From the NCBI GenBank assembly GCA_029821755.1, contig JALGSV010000017.1, positions 7,429 through 71,428 of the forward strand: a DNA stretch of 64,000 bases. Direction: 5' to 3'. Positions 28,286 to 38,198 of the stretch are shown here, one piece after another. Numbering within the stretch: the stretch's first letter is position 1; every line of letters starts with the position of its first letter. The notes under the pieces were generated by a model. That model was not told where the DNA came from. It made no database searches and was given only the letters and a program-made list of their open reading frames with translations. The position numbers and the translations under genes are program-made. The DNA comes from Candidatus Zipacnadum vermilionense (GTDB lineage: Bacteria > Armatimonadota > Zipacnadia > Zipacnadales > Zipacnadaceae).

Positions 28286-29308
28286 ATGTCCCGACCCACC
28301 GCTCCTCTTCGCCTGGGCTTCATCGGCCTCGGCGGCATTGGCCACGGTAGCCTCAAGCTGTGCTTAGAGGACGAGGTCTTCACCCCCGTCGCGGGTACCG
28401 ATACCAGCCCGGAGGCGCTGGACCGCGCCGCCGACCTGCTCCCCCGCGAGGCGCTCTTTACCGACTACCGGGAAATGATTGGGCAGGTCCCCATGGACTG
28501 CATCTTCATCGCCACCCCCAATGTCTACCACGCGCCTACGGCGATTGCCGCGATGCGCGCGGGGCTGGACGTGTGCTGCGAGAAGCCGATGGCCGACAGC
28601 CTGGCCGGAGCCAAGAAGATCCTGGCCGCGGCGCGCCAGACGGGGCGGCTATTCATGGTGGCACAGAACCAGCGCTTCCGCGCCGACACCCAGTGGCTCC
28701 GGAGCCGCATCGAGGCCGAGTTGCTCGGCGAGGTTTACGCTATCCACACACGCTGGGTGCGCCGCCATAGCCTGTGCGGCGACCGCTGGTTCCGTTACAA
28801 GGCCCTTTCCGGCGGCGGGCCGCTGATTGATCTGGGCGTGCACGTCATGGACCTCGCCCTGTGGCTGGTCGGTTTCCCCGCCCCGCTGCGGGTCTCCGGC
28901 GCCTGGGGCCAATACTTCTGCCCCGGCGACACGGAGGACTGGGCCTATGGCACGGTTCGCCTGGAGGGCGGCGCGGTTCTCACCTGCGAGGTCTGTGAGC
29001 AGGCGCATCTGGAGAGCGAAAAGATCCAGGTGGAGATCCGCGGCACGAAGGCCGGCGTCATGATCGACGGCCACACCGGCACCACCATCTTCACCACCAC
29101 CCACGGGGCTCCCGCGGACGAAAAGCCGATCCTCGACGCCGACTGGATCGGCAGCCGCCGCCGCGAACTGCATCACTTCGCCGAGAGCGTGATCTCCGGC
29201 CGACCGACGGTCATCCCGCCGGAGCAGTCGGTGCAGATCATGGCTATTATCGACGGGATTTACCGGTCGGGAGTGTCAGGGAAGGAGGTGGCGCTGGGGA
29301 AGGTTTGA
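28286..29308 (+). CDS. Gfo/Idh/MocA family oxidoreductase
   Basis: The N-terminal Rossmann fold is LRLGFIGLGGIGHG. The family-typical EKP motif (CCEKPMA) is present, followed by the C-terminal alpha/beta domain. Confidence 0.8.
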   Translation: MSRPTAPLRLGFIGLGGIGHGSLKLCLEDEVFTPVAGTDTSPEALDRAADLLPREALFTDYREMIGQVPMDCIFIATPNVYHAPTAIAAMRAGLDVCCEKPMADSLAGAKKILAAARQTGRLFMVAQNQRFRADTQWLRSRIEAELLGEVYAIHTRWVRRHSLCGDRWFRYKALSGGGPLIDLGVHVMDLALWLVGFPAPLRVSGAWGQYFCPGDTEDWAYGTVRLEGGAVLTCEVCEQAHLESEKIQVEIRGTKAGVMIDGHTGTTIFTTTHGAPADEKPILDADWIGSRRRELHHFAESVISGRPTVIPPEQSVQIMAIIDGIYRSGVSGKEVALGKV

Positions 29309-29403
29309 CCTCGTGAGACGGACGCCGGCGGCGTCGGCGGCTGGTACTACGGCAGCAGGGCTCACTAGGCCCGCATCCCCTCTCCGTGACTGTGGCTGCA
29401 CCA

Positions 29404-29436
29404 GGGCGGCCCGGATTCCGGGCCGCCCCTTTTTCC
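29404..29436 (+). terminator. rho-independent terminator (GGGCGGCCCGG-ATT-CCGGGCCGCCC + CTTTTT)
   Basis: Perfect 11-bp GC stem with a 3-nt loop and a T-tract, located after the Gfo/Idh/MocA gene. Confidence 0.75.
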
Positions 29437-29541
29437 TGTCTCCGCCTGGAAGGACTTCCCCCATCCCTCGGCGAAACTCGTCCCATACGACTCACCCACC
29501 CTTCCCGGCGCTTCACCCCGGGTGAAGGAGAAAGATGTCCC

Positions 29542-30843
29542 ATGATCTGGGACCCCTATTATGAGTGTATGGACCTCGAGCAACGGCGCGAGCTGCAACT
29601 GCGCCGCCTGCGCGATATGGTGGCTCGCCTGGCCGTCAACGTGCCCTACTACACCCAGGCCTTTGCGGAGATTGACTTCCAGCCAGCCGATCTGCGATCG
29701 CTGGACGATATGGCTCGCTTGCCCTTCGTGGACAAGCATGCCCTGCGGGATAACTACCCGCTGGGCCTGCTGGCCGTGCCCGAAAGCGAGGTCGTCCGCA
29801 TCCACGCCTCCAGTGGCACCACCGGGCAACCCATCATCGTCGGCTACACCGCCGAGGACATCAACACCTGGTCCGAGACTATCGCCCGCACCCTGTGCTG
29901 CAGCGGCGGCACCCGCCACGACATCCTCCAGATAGCCTACGGGTACGGCCTGTTCACCGGGGGCCTGGGGCTGCACTACGGCGGCGAGCGCCTGGGCTGC
30001 ATGGTCATCCCCATGTCCGCGGGCAACACGGCCAAGCAGCTCATGATGATGCGGGACCTGAAGACGACCATCCTCGCCTGCACCCCCTCCTATGCCCTCA
30101 CCCTGGCCGACGCCATGGCTGAAGAGGGGATGACAAAAGAGGACCTCTCCCTGCGCAGCGGCGTCTTCGGCGCCGAGGTGTGGAGCGAGTCGGCGCGGCA
30201 GGCGGTGGAGGAGATGCTGGGCCTCTCCGCGCACGACATCTACGGTCTGACCGAGATCATCGGCCCCGGCGTCTCCGCCGAGTGCGAGGTCAAAGGGACG
30301 ATGCACGTCTTCGACGATCACTTCTACCCCGAGATCATCAATCCCGTCACCGGCGAGTCGCTCCCGGCGGGCGAGAAGGGGGAGCTGGTCTTCACCAGCA
30401 TGACCAAGCGGGCCTTCCCCGTCCTACGCTTCCGCACGCGGGACCTGTCGGCGCTGCACTACGAGCCCTGCGCCTGCGGCCGCACCCACGTGCGCATGGA
30501 GCGCATCACCGGCCGCACGGACGATATGCTCATTATCCGGGGCGTCAACGTCTTCCCCTCGCAGATCGAGGAGGTCCTCGGTCAGGTGGAGGGCGTCGCC
30601 CCGCACTACCAGTTGGTCCTCACTCGCGAGGGGCGGCTGGACGCTCTGGAGGTCCGCGTGGAGGTCTCGCCGGAGATTTTCTCCGATACTGTCCGCGGCC
30701 TAGAGGATGTGCAACAGGAGATCGCCGATCGCCTGCACCACGTGCTGGGCATCCGCGCCAAGGTGACGCTGGTAGAACCCAAGTCCATCGAGCGCAGCGT
30801 CGGCAAAGCCAAGCGGATTATCGATCTGCGGGAGGGAAAATAG
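29542..30843 (+). CDS. phenylacetate-CoA ligase-like adenylating enzyme (PaaK / coenzyme F390 synthetase family)
   Basis: GAAGGAG lies 10 nt upstream. The sequence contains IHASSGTTGQP (AMP-binding P-loop), YGLTE, and a C-terminal lysine region like PaaK. Confidence 0.8.
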   Translation: MIWDPYYECMDLEQRRELQLRRLRDMVARLAVNVPYYTQAFAEIDFQPADLRSLDDMARLPFVDKHALRDNYPLGLLAVPESEVVRIHASSGTTGQPIIVGYTAEDINTWSETIARTLCCSGGTRHDILQIAYGYGLFTGGLGLHYGGERLGCMVIPMSAGNTAKQLMMMRDLKTTILACTPSYALTLADAMAEEGMTKEDLSLRSGVFGAEVWSESARQAVEEMLGLSAHDIYGLTEIIGPGVSAECEVKGTMHVFDDHFYPEIINPVTGESLPAGEKGELVFTSMTKRAFPVLRFRTRDLSALHYEPCACGRTHVRMERITGRTDDMLIIRGVNVFPSQIEEVLGQVEGVAPHYQLVLTREGRLDALEVRVEVSPEIFSDTVRGLEDVQQEIADRLHHVLGIRAKVTLVEPKSIERSVGKAKRIIDLREGK

Positions 30844-30846
30844 ACC

Positions 30847-31299
30847 ATGAACGTGGAAGAGAGAATCACCAAGCAGGTGTCGGTATTCCTGGAGAATAAG
30901 TCCGGCCGCCTGCGAGATGTCTGCCGAACGGTGGGCGACGCGGGGGTCAACATCCGTGCCCTGTGCGTCGCTGACACCTCCGATTTCGGCATCCTGCGCC
31001 TGATCCTGGACGACCCCGACCGGGCGCTCCAGGCCCTGCTGGGCCAAGGCTTCTCGGTAGGCGAGACCAACGTCCTGGCGGTGCAGATCCCCGACAAGCC
31101 AGGGGGCCTGGCCGGCGTCCTGGCGGCCCTCCCCAGCGAGGACCTCAACGTCGAGTACATGTACGCCTTTTTCACCCGTCTAGAGGGCAAGGCGGTAGTG
31201 GTCTTCCGCGTCGGCGATGACCAGATCTCCGAGGTAGCCCAGGCCCTCGAGTCCGCCGGCATCGTCATCATGCGGGCGGAGGAGGTCTACGCCATCTGA
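30847..31299 (+). CDS. ACT-domain protein (PaaK-associated)
   Basis: 150 aa with two ACT-like beta-alpha-beta-beta-alpha-beta units (VSVFLENKSGRLRDVCRTVGDAGVNIRAL...). The gene follows paaK by 3 nt. Confidence 0.7.
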   Translation: MNVEERITKQVSVFLENKSGRLRDVCRTVGDAGVNIRALCVADTSDFGILRLILDDPDRALQALLGQGFSVGETNVLAVQIPDKPGGLAGVLAALPSEDLNVEYMYAFFTRLEGKAVVVFRVGDDQISEVAQALESAGIVIMRAEEVYAI

Positions 31300-31304
31300 T
31301 TGTA

Positions 31305-31327
31305 GGGCGCGGGCTCGTGCCGCGCCC
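31305..31327. repeat. REP-type hairpin (TGTAGGGCGCGG-GCTCGTG-CCGCGCCC), second copy of the unit at 10601-10626
   Basis: The 8-bp GC stem is identical to 10604-10626 except for one loop base. Both copies sit just after a stop codon and are preceded by TGTAG. Confidence 0.65.
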
Positions 31328-31362
31328 TCGGCGTCGGCCCGGAGGATCTCTTCCTCTACGGC

Positions 31363-31731
31363 GTGCACGTCGCCGAGTTCATGCAGGCCGCCCTCGGTCC
31401 GGGCATGCAGACCGTGCGCGCCCTAGGCACTCCGGACAAGTACCACATCTTCATGGACTGGGGCGAGGGTCACACTGCCGTCTGGCTGGTAGGTCCGGCG
31501 GTGGCCCCCGGCTTCCGCATGATCCTCCTGGTCGAGAAGGCCAACCTCCCCCTGACCATCGCCGACTCCACCGGGATGTTCGGGGAGATGCTGCGAGCTT
31601 ACTGCAACCTGGTGGAGACGAGGCAGCCCGTGATCCCCTACGGGGACATGCTGGAGATAGTGCGGGTACTGGACGCCGCGCGGTGGTCCATGGAGAGAGG
31701 CGGGGAAAAGGTGAGGCTGGGCGAGATCTAG
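31363..31731 (+). CDS. hypothetical small protein (about 120 aa)
   Basis: The ORF is conserved-looking but has no motif I recognise. It is in the same orientation as paaK/ACT. The start is ambiguous between the GTG at 31363 and the ATG at 31381. Confidence 0.4.
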   Translation: MHVAEFMQAALGPGMQTVRALGTPDKYHIFMDWGEGHTAVWLVGPAVAPGFRMILLVEKANLPLTIADSTGMFGEMLRAYCNLVETRQPVIPYGDMLEIVRVLDAARWSMERGGEKVRLGEI

Positions 31732-31973
31732 GGCATGACCTCGAAGTTTGGCTCGCGAAATGGCGGACGGGGGCGAAGGCGCAAACGGCCTCTTTCCTCC
31801 AGAGGGACGCCCGCAATCAGCTCGGCTAGTTCTCCGCCAACCCCGCTGCCCGCCCCTGCCGCCCGGCTGCGTCATGCGACACGGGTGGGAGTCCCGTGCC
31901 AGCGCCGCCTCCCGGCGGGGGAGGGCTGTGGGGGTCGCGCGGCGCATAGAGAAGGAACACAATACGCTCGCCT

Positions 31974-34900
31974 GTGGAGGCCCCTATGCCGGTGCGCCGT
32001 GCCTGCCTCGCCATCGCCCTTGCGGTGTTTGCCGCGCTCGCTGCCCATGCCCAGCAACTCGGCGATCCCTCCTTCGAGGCTCTCGCCGAAAAGGACGCTC
32101 CCCGAGAGGCTGTCGCGGGTGGCTGGAGTATCCCGCCCGGACCGCCTTACGCCGACGGTATTGCCGTCCGCGGCGACGCCCAGGCGGCGCATGACGGGGC
32201 CTCCGGGTTGAGCCTGGCGGTCTCCGTCTGGGGGCGGCTGGCGGCGGTGCGCCAGACGGTGGACCTGCCCGCCGGGATGCACGAACTCAAGGTCTGCGCC
32301 AAGGGCGATGGTTTAGTGATTCTCTCGGCGGGCAGCCTGCGGCGGCGCGGCAATTTGGGGAAGGACTGGGCGCAGTACTCCCTCACCTTCGAGGCCGCGC
32401 AGGCCGGCCCCGTGGACCTGACCATTCTCGCCAACTGCAGCGCTTCCGTGGACGACGCCTCCCTGGCCCCCGCCTCCCCCGAGCGCCTCACCGCCTGGCA
32501 GCGGCAGGAGACCGCCCGCGCCGAGTACGGCTTCGTCCCCGACTACCTCTCCGCCCAGTTGCCCCAGCCGGGCGCGCCGGCGATTCCCGCGGGCGACTTC
32601 CAGGCTGGTCCGGTCACCTTCCGCGAGAAGGTCGTCTACTACGACAAGCGTTACGACTCCGTCTGGAGCGTCCACCCGGAGACCCTCGCGCAGTACCTGG
32701 CGGCCAATGACTTCCAGCAGCTTGACGCCGAGGCCTTCGGCGAGTGGATGAAACGCATCACCGCCGCCGGAGCTTACGGCACGGTCTGTGTCATGACCCA
32801 CGGCGTCTGCCCCGGCTCGGTCTGGGACGACGACCCGGAGAAGGCCCCCATCCGCCAGTACCTGGCGGCGGGCGGGCGGGTGGTCTGGGTGGGGGATGTA
32901 CCGCTGTACTACATGCAGGACGCCACCCATCCGCAGGTTTTCAGCAAGGGCGGCCCCGGCCCCATGCTGGATATCCGCGCCGGCTGGGATGTCGGCTGCT
33001 GGGGGAACCAGGGCACACCGACCGTGGCCGGCCTGGGCACGGCCTGGGGCCTTACCGACCCCGGCGGTCCGATCATTGCGGCCTACCCGGAGGACATCAC
33101 CGCCACGCTCTCCGGCTTCCATTCCGACTACGCCGGCTCCGACTTGGCAGTCTGCTACCTGAAGACCTTCAACCCCCTTTACCCGTGGAGCGGCTTCATC
33201 TTCTGCCACCGCAACTCCGACTTCAACAACCCGGCCAACCAGCGGTCGGTTTACCGAGTGGCCCTGCACGCGGGTGAGGCGGTGGAGGCTCCGGTAGGGA
33301 TCAGCGTCGGCGCCGGGCAGCAAGCGCCACTGCTGAAGGTCACGTTCGATGCACCCCGCGATCGGCGCTGCTTCTACCGGGGAGAGAACATCCCCGTGCG
33401 GATCGAGACCACGGACCAGACGCCTGCCCCCGGCCCCGTCGTCTTCTTCCTTGATCGCGCCGGCCAGAGCCTCTCGCCCCTGCAGATGGACCTGCCCATC
33501 CCGGGCCAGGCGGCGACCGCGGTGCTGGCCACCGCCAACCTCGCCTGCGGCGACTACCAAGTCCGGGTGCTGCCCCTCAACACCGACCGTGCCCGCCCGC
33601 TGTGGCAGGCTACTTTGTCGATCTGCCCTCGCCAGGAGGATCCTACCTTCTTCTTTGGTGTTTCCGGCGTCCAGGCCTCCAATCCCTACCGCCAGGAGAT
33701 GATGGTCAAGGACCTGGCCAGCCACGGCATGATGAACGGTTCGGCCACCAAGGAGTCCCCGCCGGGGATACTCGACCTGGGGATGAAATACGGCCTGCGC
33801 TTTGGGATGCGGGCGCATGGCTCGGCCAAGCTGACCGACGCCGAGCGCGAGGAAGCCCTGCGTCGCGGCCCCCATGGGGAGAAGCTCCCCGGCGCCTGGG
33901 AGGGCGGCCGGCCCATCACCGGCCTGCTCAGCGCCCGCGTCCGGGAGACCGCCGCCGCCAGTATGGCCGAGCAGGTGAAGGAATTGGCCGCCTGGCCCTC
34001 GGCCTGGCCGCGCTGTCACACCAACGACGACTTCTCCATGTACTACGGCTTCGACTGGTCCGACCTGGCCCGGCGGACCTTCAAGGAAAAGACCGGTCTG
34101 GACGCCCCCGTTCCGCCCGAAATCGCCAAACTAGGCGCAAGGTTCCGGGATGTCGGAGCCATCGCGCACGAGCCGGGGATCGTCCCCGACAACGACCCTT
34201 GGCTGCAATGGAATATCTTCTGCACCCGCGACCTCGGCGGCGCCTACAACGGCGCCCTCACCCAGGCTTGTGCGGCCGCGGTTCCCGGCATGAAAGTCGG
34301 CCCCGTCCCCGGCGGCATGCAACTCCCGCTCTGGTGCCAGGGCCAGTACCCCCCGCACGACTTCGGCCCCGGCGGCTTCAACTTGCTCCAGTACTACTAC
34401 TACCTCAATTACTGGCAGCCCACCATCGGCAACCTCTACTGGAACGAGGTCGCCCGGATCAACAACCGCGACCTGGAGCTGTGGGCTATGCCTGATTGCG
34501 CCTACCAGGAGTCGCCGGCCTACTACACCAACACCTTCTACCTCCAGGTCGCCGGCGGCGTGCAGGGCCTCAACTACTTCGCCTACACCGAGGCCAAGCC
34601 CGTGGCCTGGGAGACGCTGGGGAAGATCGGCAATACCGTGGTCAAGCCGCTCTACCCCTTCCTGGGCAAGCTCCGCCCTGCCCGCACTAGCGTTGGCCTG
34701 CTGCTGCCCTACACCCAGTGGTGTTACAACTGGCTCTACCCCACCACCGCCATCTACCCCTACGCCAACCTGCTGGGGGCCCACGTGGATGTCCAGCCCA
34801 CCTGTGAGGAGGAGGTTCTTTCCGGTGACGCTGCGCAGTACAAGGTTATCCTGCTGTGGCGGGTGCAGTACCTGCGGCAGTCGGTGGTGACGGCGCTGGA

Positions 34901-35774
34901 GAACTACATCGCGAAGGGTGGTGTGGTCATCTGCGACGCGACTACCCGGGTGCCCATCAAGGGGGCCATCAAGACCTCGGTAGACCTGGCGATGGGCGAG
35001 GGCAAGTCTGACCCCGACCCCAACGATCCCCGCCTGGGCGGCCCCGGCATCCTGGATTACCTGCACCCGGACCGGGTTGCCCTGGTACGCAAGACCCTCG
35101 ACCCCTACGCCCAGCCCTGGGCTGACTGCAGCGACTCCACCCTCATCGCTCGCCGGCATGAGTACCGCGGGGTAACCTACCTGTGGCTGGTGAACATCGA
35201 GAGCCAGGAGGAGTACGAGTATATCCGCCCGCGGGTGGCAGCCGGGGCCCGCCCCGAGGACCCTGGGAAAGCTAAACAAGAGGCGGTGGCCTACCTCGCC
35301 GAACGCACTGCCGGCAAACGCTTCCAGCCGCTGGTGACCATCCCCGCCGGCGGCTGGGCGGCCTACGATGTGCTCCAGGGCAAGCGCTTTGCCCTGCAGA
35401 AGGTGGGAGACCGGCTGGGTTTCCAGGCAGACATGGAGCGCCTGGGCGGGCAGCTTATCGCTTTGTATCCCGAACCGGTGGGGAAGATAGTGGTGGAGGT
35501 GGGCAAGCAGGTGCAGCGGGGCCAGGCGGTGACGCTGACCGTCCGGGTCCTGGGCGTGAGCGGCAAGCCGCTGGCGGGCACACAGCCACTGGCGGTGGAG
35601 GTCTTGACTCCCCAAGGGCGCTGGCTCGAGCTGACCGGCGCCCACGCGACCGAAGACGGCCTGTGGACTGCCACCTTCAACCCGGCCGCCAACGACGTTG
35701 CCGGCCAGTGGCGAATCCAGGTGAAGGAGTTGTCGTCGGAGACGCGAGCCGAGGCGACCGTGACGGTGAAGTAA
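31974..35774 (+). CDS. very large secreted protein: N-terminal CBM-like domain plus a putative glycoside-hydrolase / GATase1-like (GH42-type) core
   Basis: Signal peptide (MPVRRACLAIALAVFAALAAHA from ATG 31986). DPSFE...GGW is a CBM4/9-like opening. VCVMTHGVCPGSVWDDDPE...GGRVVWVGD looks like a class-I amidotransferase-like (trimerisation-type) domain. The C-terminus is Ig-like. No catalytic residues are assigned. Confidence 0.5.
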   Translation: MEAPMPVRRACLAIALAVFAALAAHAQQLGDPSFEALAEKDAPREAVAGGWSIPPGPPYADGIAVRGDAQAAHDGASGLSLAVSVWGRLAAVRQTVDLPAGMHELKVCAKGDGLVILSAGSLRRRGNLGKDWAQYSLTFEAAQAGPVDLTILANCSASVDDASLAPASPERLTAWQRQETARAEYGFVPDYLSAQLPQPGAPAIPAGDFQAGPVTFREKVVYYDKRYDSVWSVHPETLAQYLAANDFQQLDAEAFGEWMKRITAAGAYGTVCVMTHGVCPGSVWDDDPEKAPIRQYLAAGGRVVWVGDVPLYYMQDATHPQVFSKGGPGPMLDIRAGWDVGCWGNQGTPTVAGLGTAWGLTDPGGPIIAAYPEDITATLSGFHSDYAGSDLAVCYLKTFNPLYPWSGFIFCHRNSDFNNPANQRSVYRVALHAGEAVEAPVGISVGAGQQAPLLKVTFDAPRDRRCFYRGENIPVRIETTDQTPAPGPVVFFLDRAGQSLSPLQMDLPIPGQAATAVLATANLACGDYQVRVLPLNTDRARPLWQATLSICPRQEDPTFFFGVSGVQASNPYRQEMMVKDLASHGMMNGSATKESPPGILDLGMKYGLRFGMRAHGSAKLTDAEREEALRRGPHGEKLPGAWEGGRPITGLLSARVRETAAASMAEQVKELAAWPSAWPRCHTNDDFSMYYGFDWSDLARRTFKEKTGLDAPVPPEIAKLGARFRDVGAIAHEPGIVPDNDPWLQWNIFCTRDLGGAYNGALTQACAAAVPGMKVGPVPGGMQLPLWCQGQYPPHDFGPGGFNLLQYYYYLNYWQPTIGNLYWNEVARINNRDLELWAMPDCAYQESPAYYTNTFYLQVAGGVQGLNYFAYTEAKPVAWETLGKIGNTVVKPLYPFLGKLRPARTSVGLLLPYTQWCYNWLYPTTAIYPYANLLGAHVDVQPTCEEEVLSGDAAQYKVILLWRVQYLRQSVVTALENYIAKGGVVICDATTRVPIKGAIKTSVDLAMGEGKSDPDPNDPRLGGPGILDYLHPDRVALVRKTLDPYAQPWADCSDSTLIARRHEYRGVTYLWLVNIESQEEYEYIRPRVAAGARPEDPGKAKQEAVAYLAERTAGKRFQPLVTIPAGGWAAYDVLQGKRFALQKVGDRLGFQADMERLGGQLIALYPEPVGKIVVEVGKQVQRGQAVTLTVRVLGVSGKPLAGTQPLAVEVLTPQGRWLELTGAHATEDGLWTATFNPAANDVAGQWRIQVKELSSETRAEATVTVK

Positions 35775-35897
35775 GGACTCTATCCGCCACGGCCGGAGGA
35801 GGAACTAGCCAACCCAGCAGCGAACACCCGCGGGGAACTCGGCCGTCACGCCGGTTCCCCGCCGTGCTGTCGGTCGGCGATTCCTCTGCTGCGCGAG

Positions 35898-36242
35898 GTG
35901 TGTTCGATGGTCGCCTTCTTCCTCTCCGCCTTCTGGGCCATGCAAGTGACCGCCGTGGTGCTCATCAAGTGGGGCTCCACGGCTCCGGAGCGCTGGTGGT
36001 ACGGCTTCCTCCTCGGCAACCTCTTCGGGGCACCCAGCATGCTGCTGGCCATGAAGGTCTACCAGCGGATGAACCCCAACATCGCCCTGGCGCTGGCCGC
36101 GGGTGGCTCCTTCCTCTTCGCCCAGCTCGCCATGGCCTGGCTGTTCCACTCGCGCCCCACCTCGCTACAGTGGGTGGGCCTGGCGGTCATTGGGGCCGGC
36201 ATGGTCCTGGCCGCCGGCGCCGGGACCAAAGCGGGATCGTAG
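35898..36242 (+). CDS. small 4-TM membrane protein (SMR/EamA-like, DMT superfamily)
   Basis: 114 aa with four hydrophobic helices. It resembles the ArnE/F-type half-transporter. Confidence 0.5.
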   Translation: MCSMVAFFLSAFWAMQVTAVVLIKWGSTAPERWWYGFLLGNLFGAPSMLLAMKVYQRMNPNIALALAAGGSFLFAQLAMAWLFHSRPTSLQWVGLAVIGAGMVLAAGAGTKAGS

Positions 36243-36308
36243 CACCAGAACGGGCACGGCGCCCCGACCGTACCCGTGACCCGTCCCCTCCCCCACGTTC
36301 CACTTCCC

Positions 36309-38097
36309 CTACCGGTACATCCCCCGGATCCTCTCGGCGAACCTCTCCGCCACGGCTTTCCTGCGCACCTTCATCGTGGGCGTGAGTTCCTCTTCCTCAA
36401 TCGTCAGTTCTCGCTCCAGTAGGACGAAGCTCTTGATGCGCTCGAAGTCGGCCAGATGCTCGGTGAGCCGGTTGATCTCCCCCCGCACTAGAGCCTGCAC
36501 CCGCTCGCTTTGCGCCTGCCCCGCGCAATCCTCCGGCACGGCATGTCCGTGCTCCCGCGCCCAGGCTTGTACCCTCTCCACCGCGGGCACCACCAGGGCG
36601 GTTACGTACGGGCAGTGGTCTCCGACTAGCACCACCTGGGCGAGGTAGGGACTCGCCACCAGGGCGCTCTCGATCGGCTGCGGCGCCACGTTCTTCCCGT
36701 TGCTCAGCACGAGGATGTCCTTTAACCGGTCGGTGATGCGCAGGTGCTGCGTCTCGTCCAGTTCGCCGATGTCACCGGTGTGCAGCCAGCCCTCCTCATC
36801 CAGGGCCTCGGCGGTCTCCTCCGGCCGCTGGTAGTAGCCCTGCATCACGTTCGCGCCCCGGACCAGGATCTCCCCCTGCGGGCTCAGGCGCAGTTCGACT
36901 CCGGACAGCGCGGACCCGACCGTTCCCAGCCGGCTGCGGCCGGGCCGATTGACGGTCACCACCGGCGAGGCCTCCGTTAAGCCATAGCCCTCGAGGATAG
37001 GCAAGCCGAGGGCGTGGAAGAACCACTCCGTCGCTGGGGCCAGCGCCGCCCCGCCAGAAATAAAGTACTTCATCCGCTGAAACCCCATCGCCCGGTGCAG
37101 CCTCCGGAAGACCAGCCGGTGGGCCAGCTTCCACTGCGCCCGCAGCCCCAGCCCCGGCGTCCGCCCCTCCTGCTCCGCCTGCACCCGCCGCGTACTCACC
37201 TGTAGCGCCCAGGCAAACAATCGCTGCCGGCGCGGAGGCAGCTTCCCCACCTGGTCGAGAATCGCCTCGTGGAAGGCCTGGTACATCCGCGGCACCAGGA
37301 TCATATGGGTGGGCTGCGCCTCCCGCAGATTCTCCCGCAGCCGCCGCAGGCTCTCGGCGAAGGCCACTTGCGCTCCAGCGGCCAGCGGCAGATAGTACCC
37401 CGCCAGCCGCTCGAGGCAATGGTTGAGCGGCAGGAATGAGAGCAGTAGGTCCTCCGGGGTAAAGTGCAGCACCTCCTGGCACGAGACCAGGTTGGCCATG
37501 AAGTTGCCGTGGGTGAGCAGCACGCCCTTGGGATCGCCGGTGGTGCCGCTCGTGTAGACGATGCTCGCCAGGTCCTCCGACCGCACCACCTCGGCCTGCC
37601 GGTGGTGTTCCTCCTCGCTTCGGGGCGCTTCCGCCCCCCGCCGCAGGGACCTCCGCAAAGCTGACGACGCCCGCCTCCGGCGTCTCGGGAGCGTCCATGA
37701 CCACGATCAGGAGGTCGGGGCAAGCCTGCCGGACCTGCCGCGCTTTCTCCAGTTGCGTCCGGGTGGAGACGATCAGCATGGTCGCGCCGCAGTCGGCGAC
37801 GATGAAGGCCACCTGGACAGCGGGGAGGCTGGTGAAGATGGGGGCATCCACCGCTCCGAGCGCTAGCACAGCCAGGTCGGCGACGGCCCATTCCGGCCGG
37901 TTCTCGGCCAGCAGCACCACCCGGTCCCCGGCCTGCAGCCCGAGAGCCCGCAGGCCAGCGGCGAACTGCCGCACGCGTGCGGCCAGCTCCCCGTAGCTGA
38001 TCGCCCGGTAGCGCCCGCCCTCCCCATACAGCAAAGCCGGCCGCTCCCCATGGCGCTGCACCGACTCCAGGAACATTCGGTTGATGGTACCAGGCAT
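36309..38097 (-). pseudogene. long-chain-fatty-acid--CoA ligase (FadD-like AMP-binding enzyme) interrupted by a single +1/-1 frameshift near 37641-37660
   Basis: Two adjacent minus-strand ORFs in different frames carry the N-terminal half (MPGTINRMFLESVQRHGERPALLY...SFAEV) and the C-terminal half (...RSEDLASIVYTSGTTGDPKGV...). Removing one C from GGTCCCTG restores SFAEVLRRGAEAPRSEEEHH. The site lies in a C/G homopolymer context, so a sequencing error is equally possible. Confidence 0.55.
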
Positions 38098-38198
38098 GAC
38101 GCGCCTATTCGCCGCGGACAGCCCGGTGGCCTTCGCGAGGAGGCCTCCCACCCCTCCAGCGCGAATACCCCCCCCAAACGTTCTCGGAGGTGTCTGCC

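Noticed and set aside
32313-35645. 568-aa and 504-aa minus-strand ORFs
   Set aside because: They are antisense to the 1260-aa secreted-protein gene.
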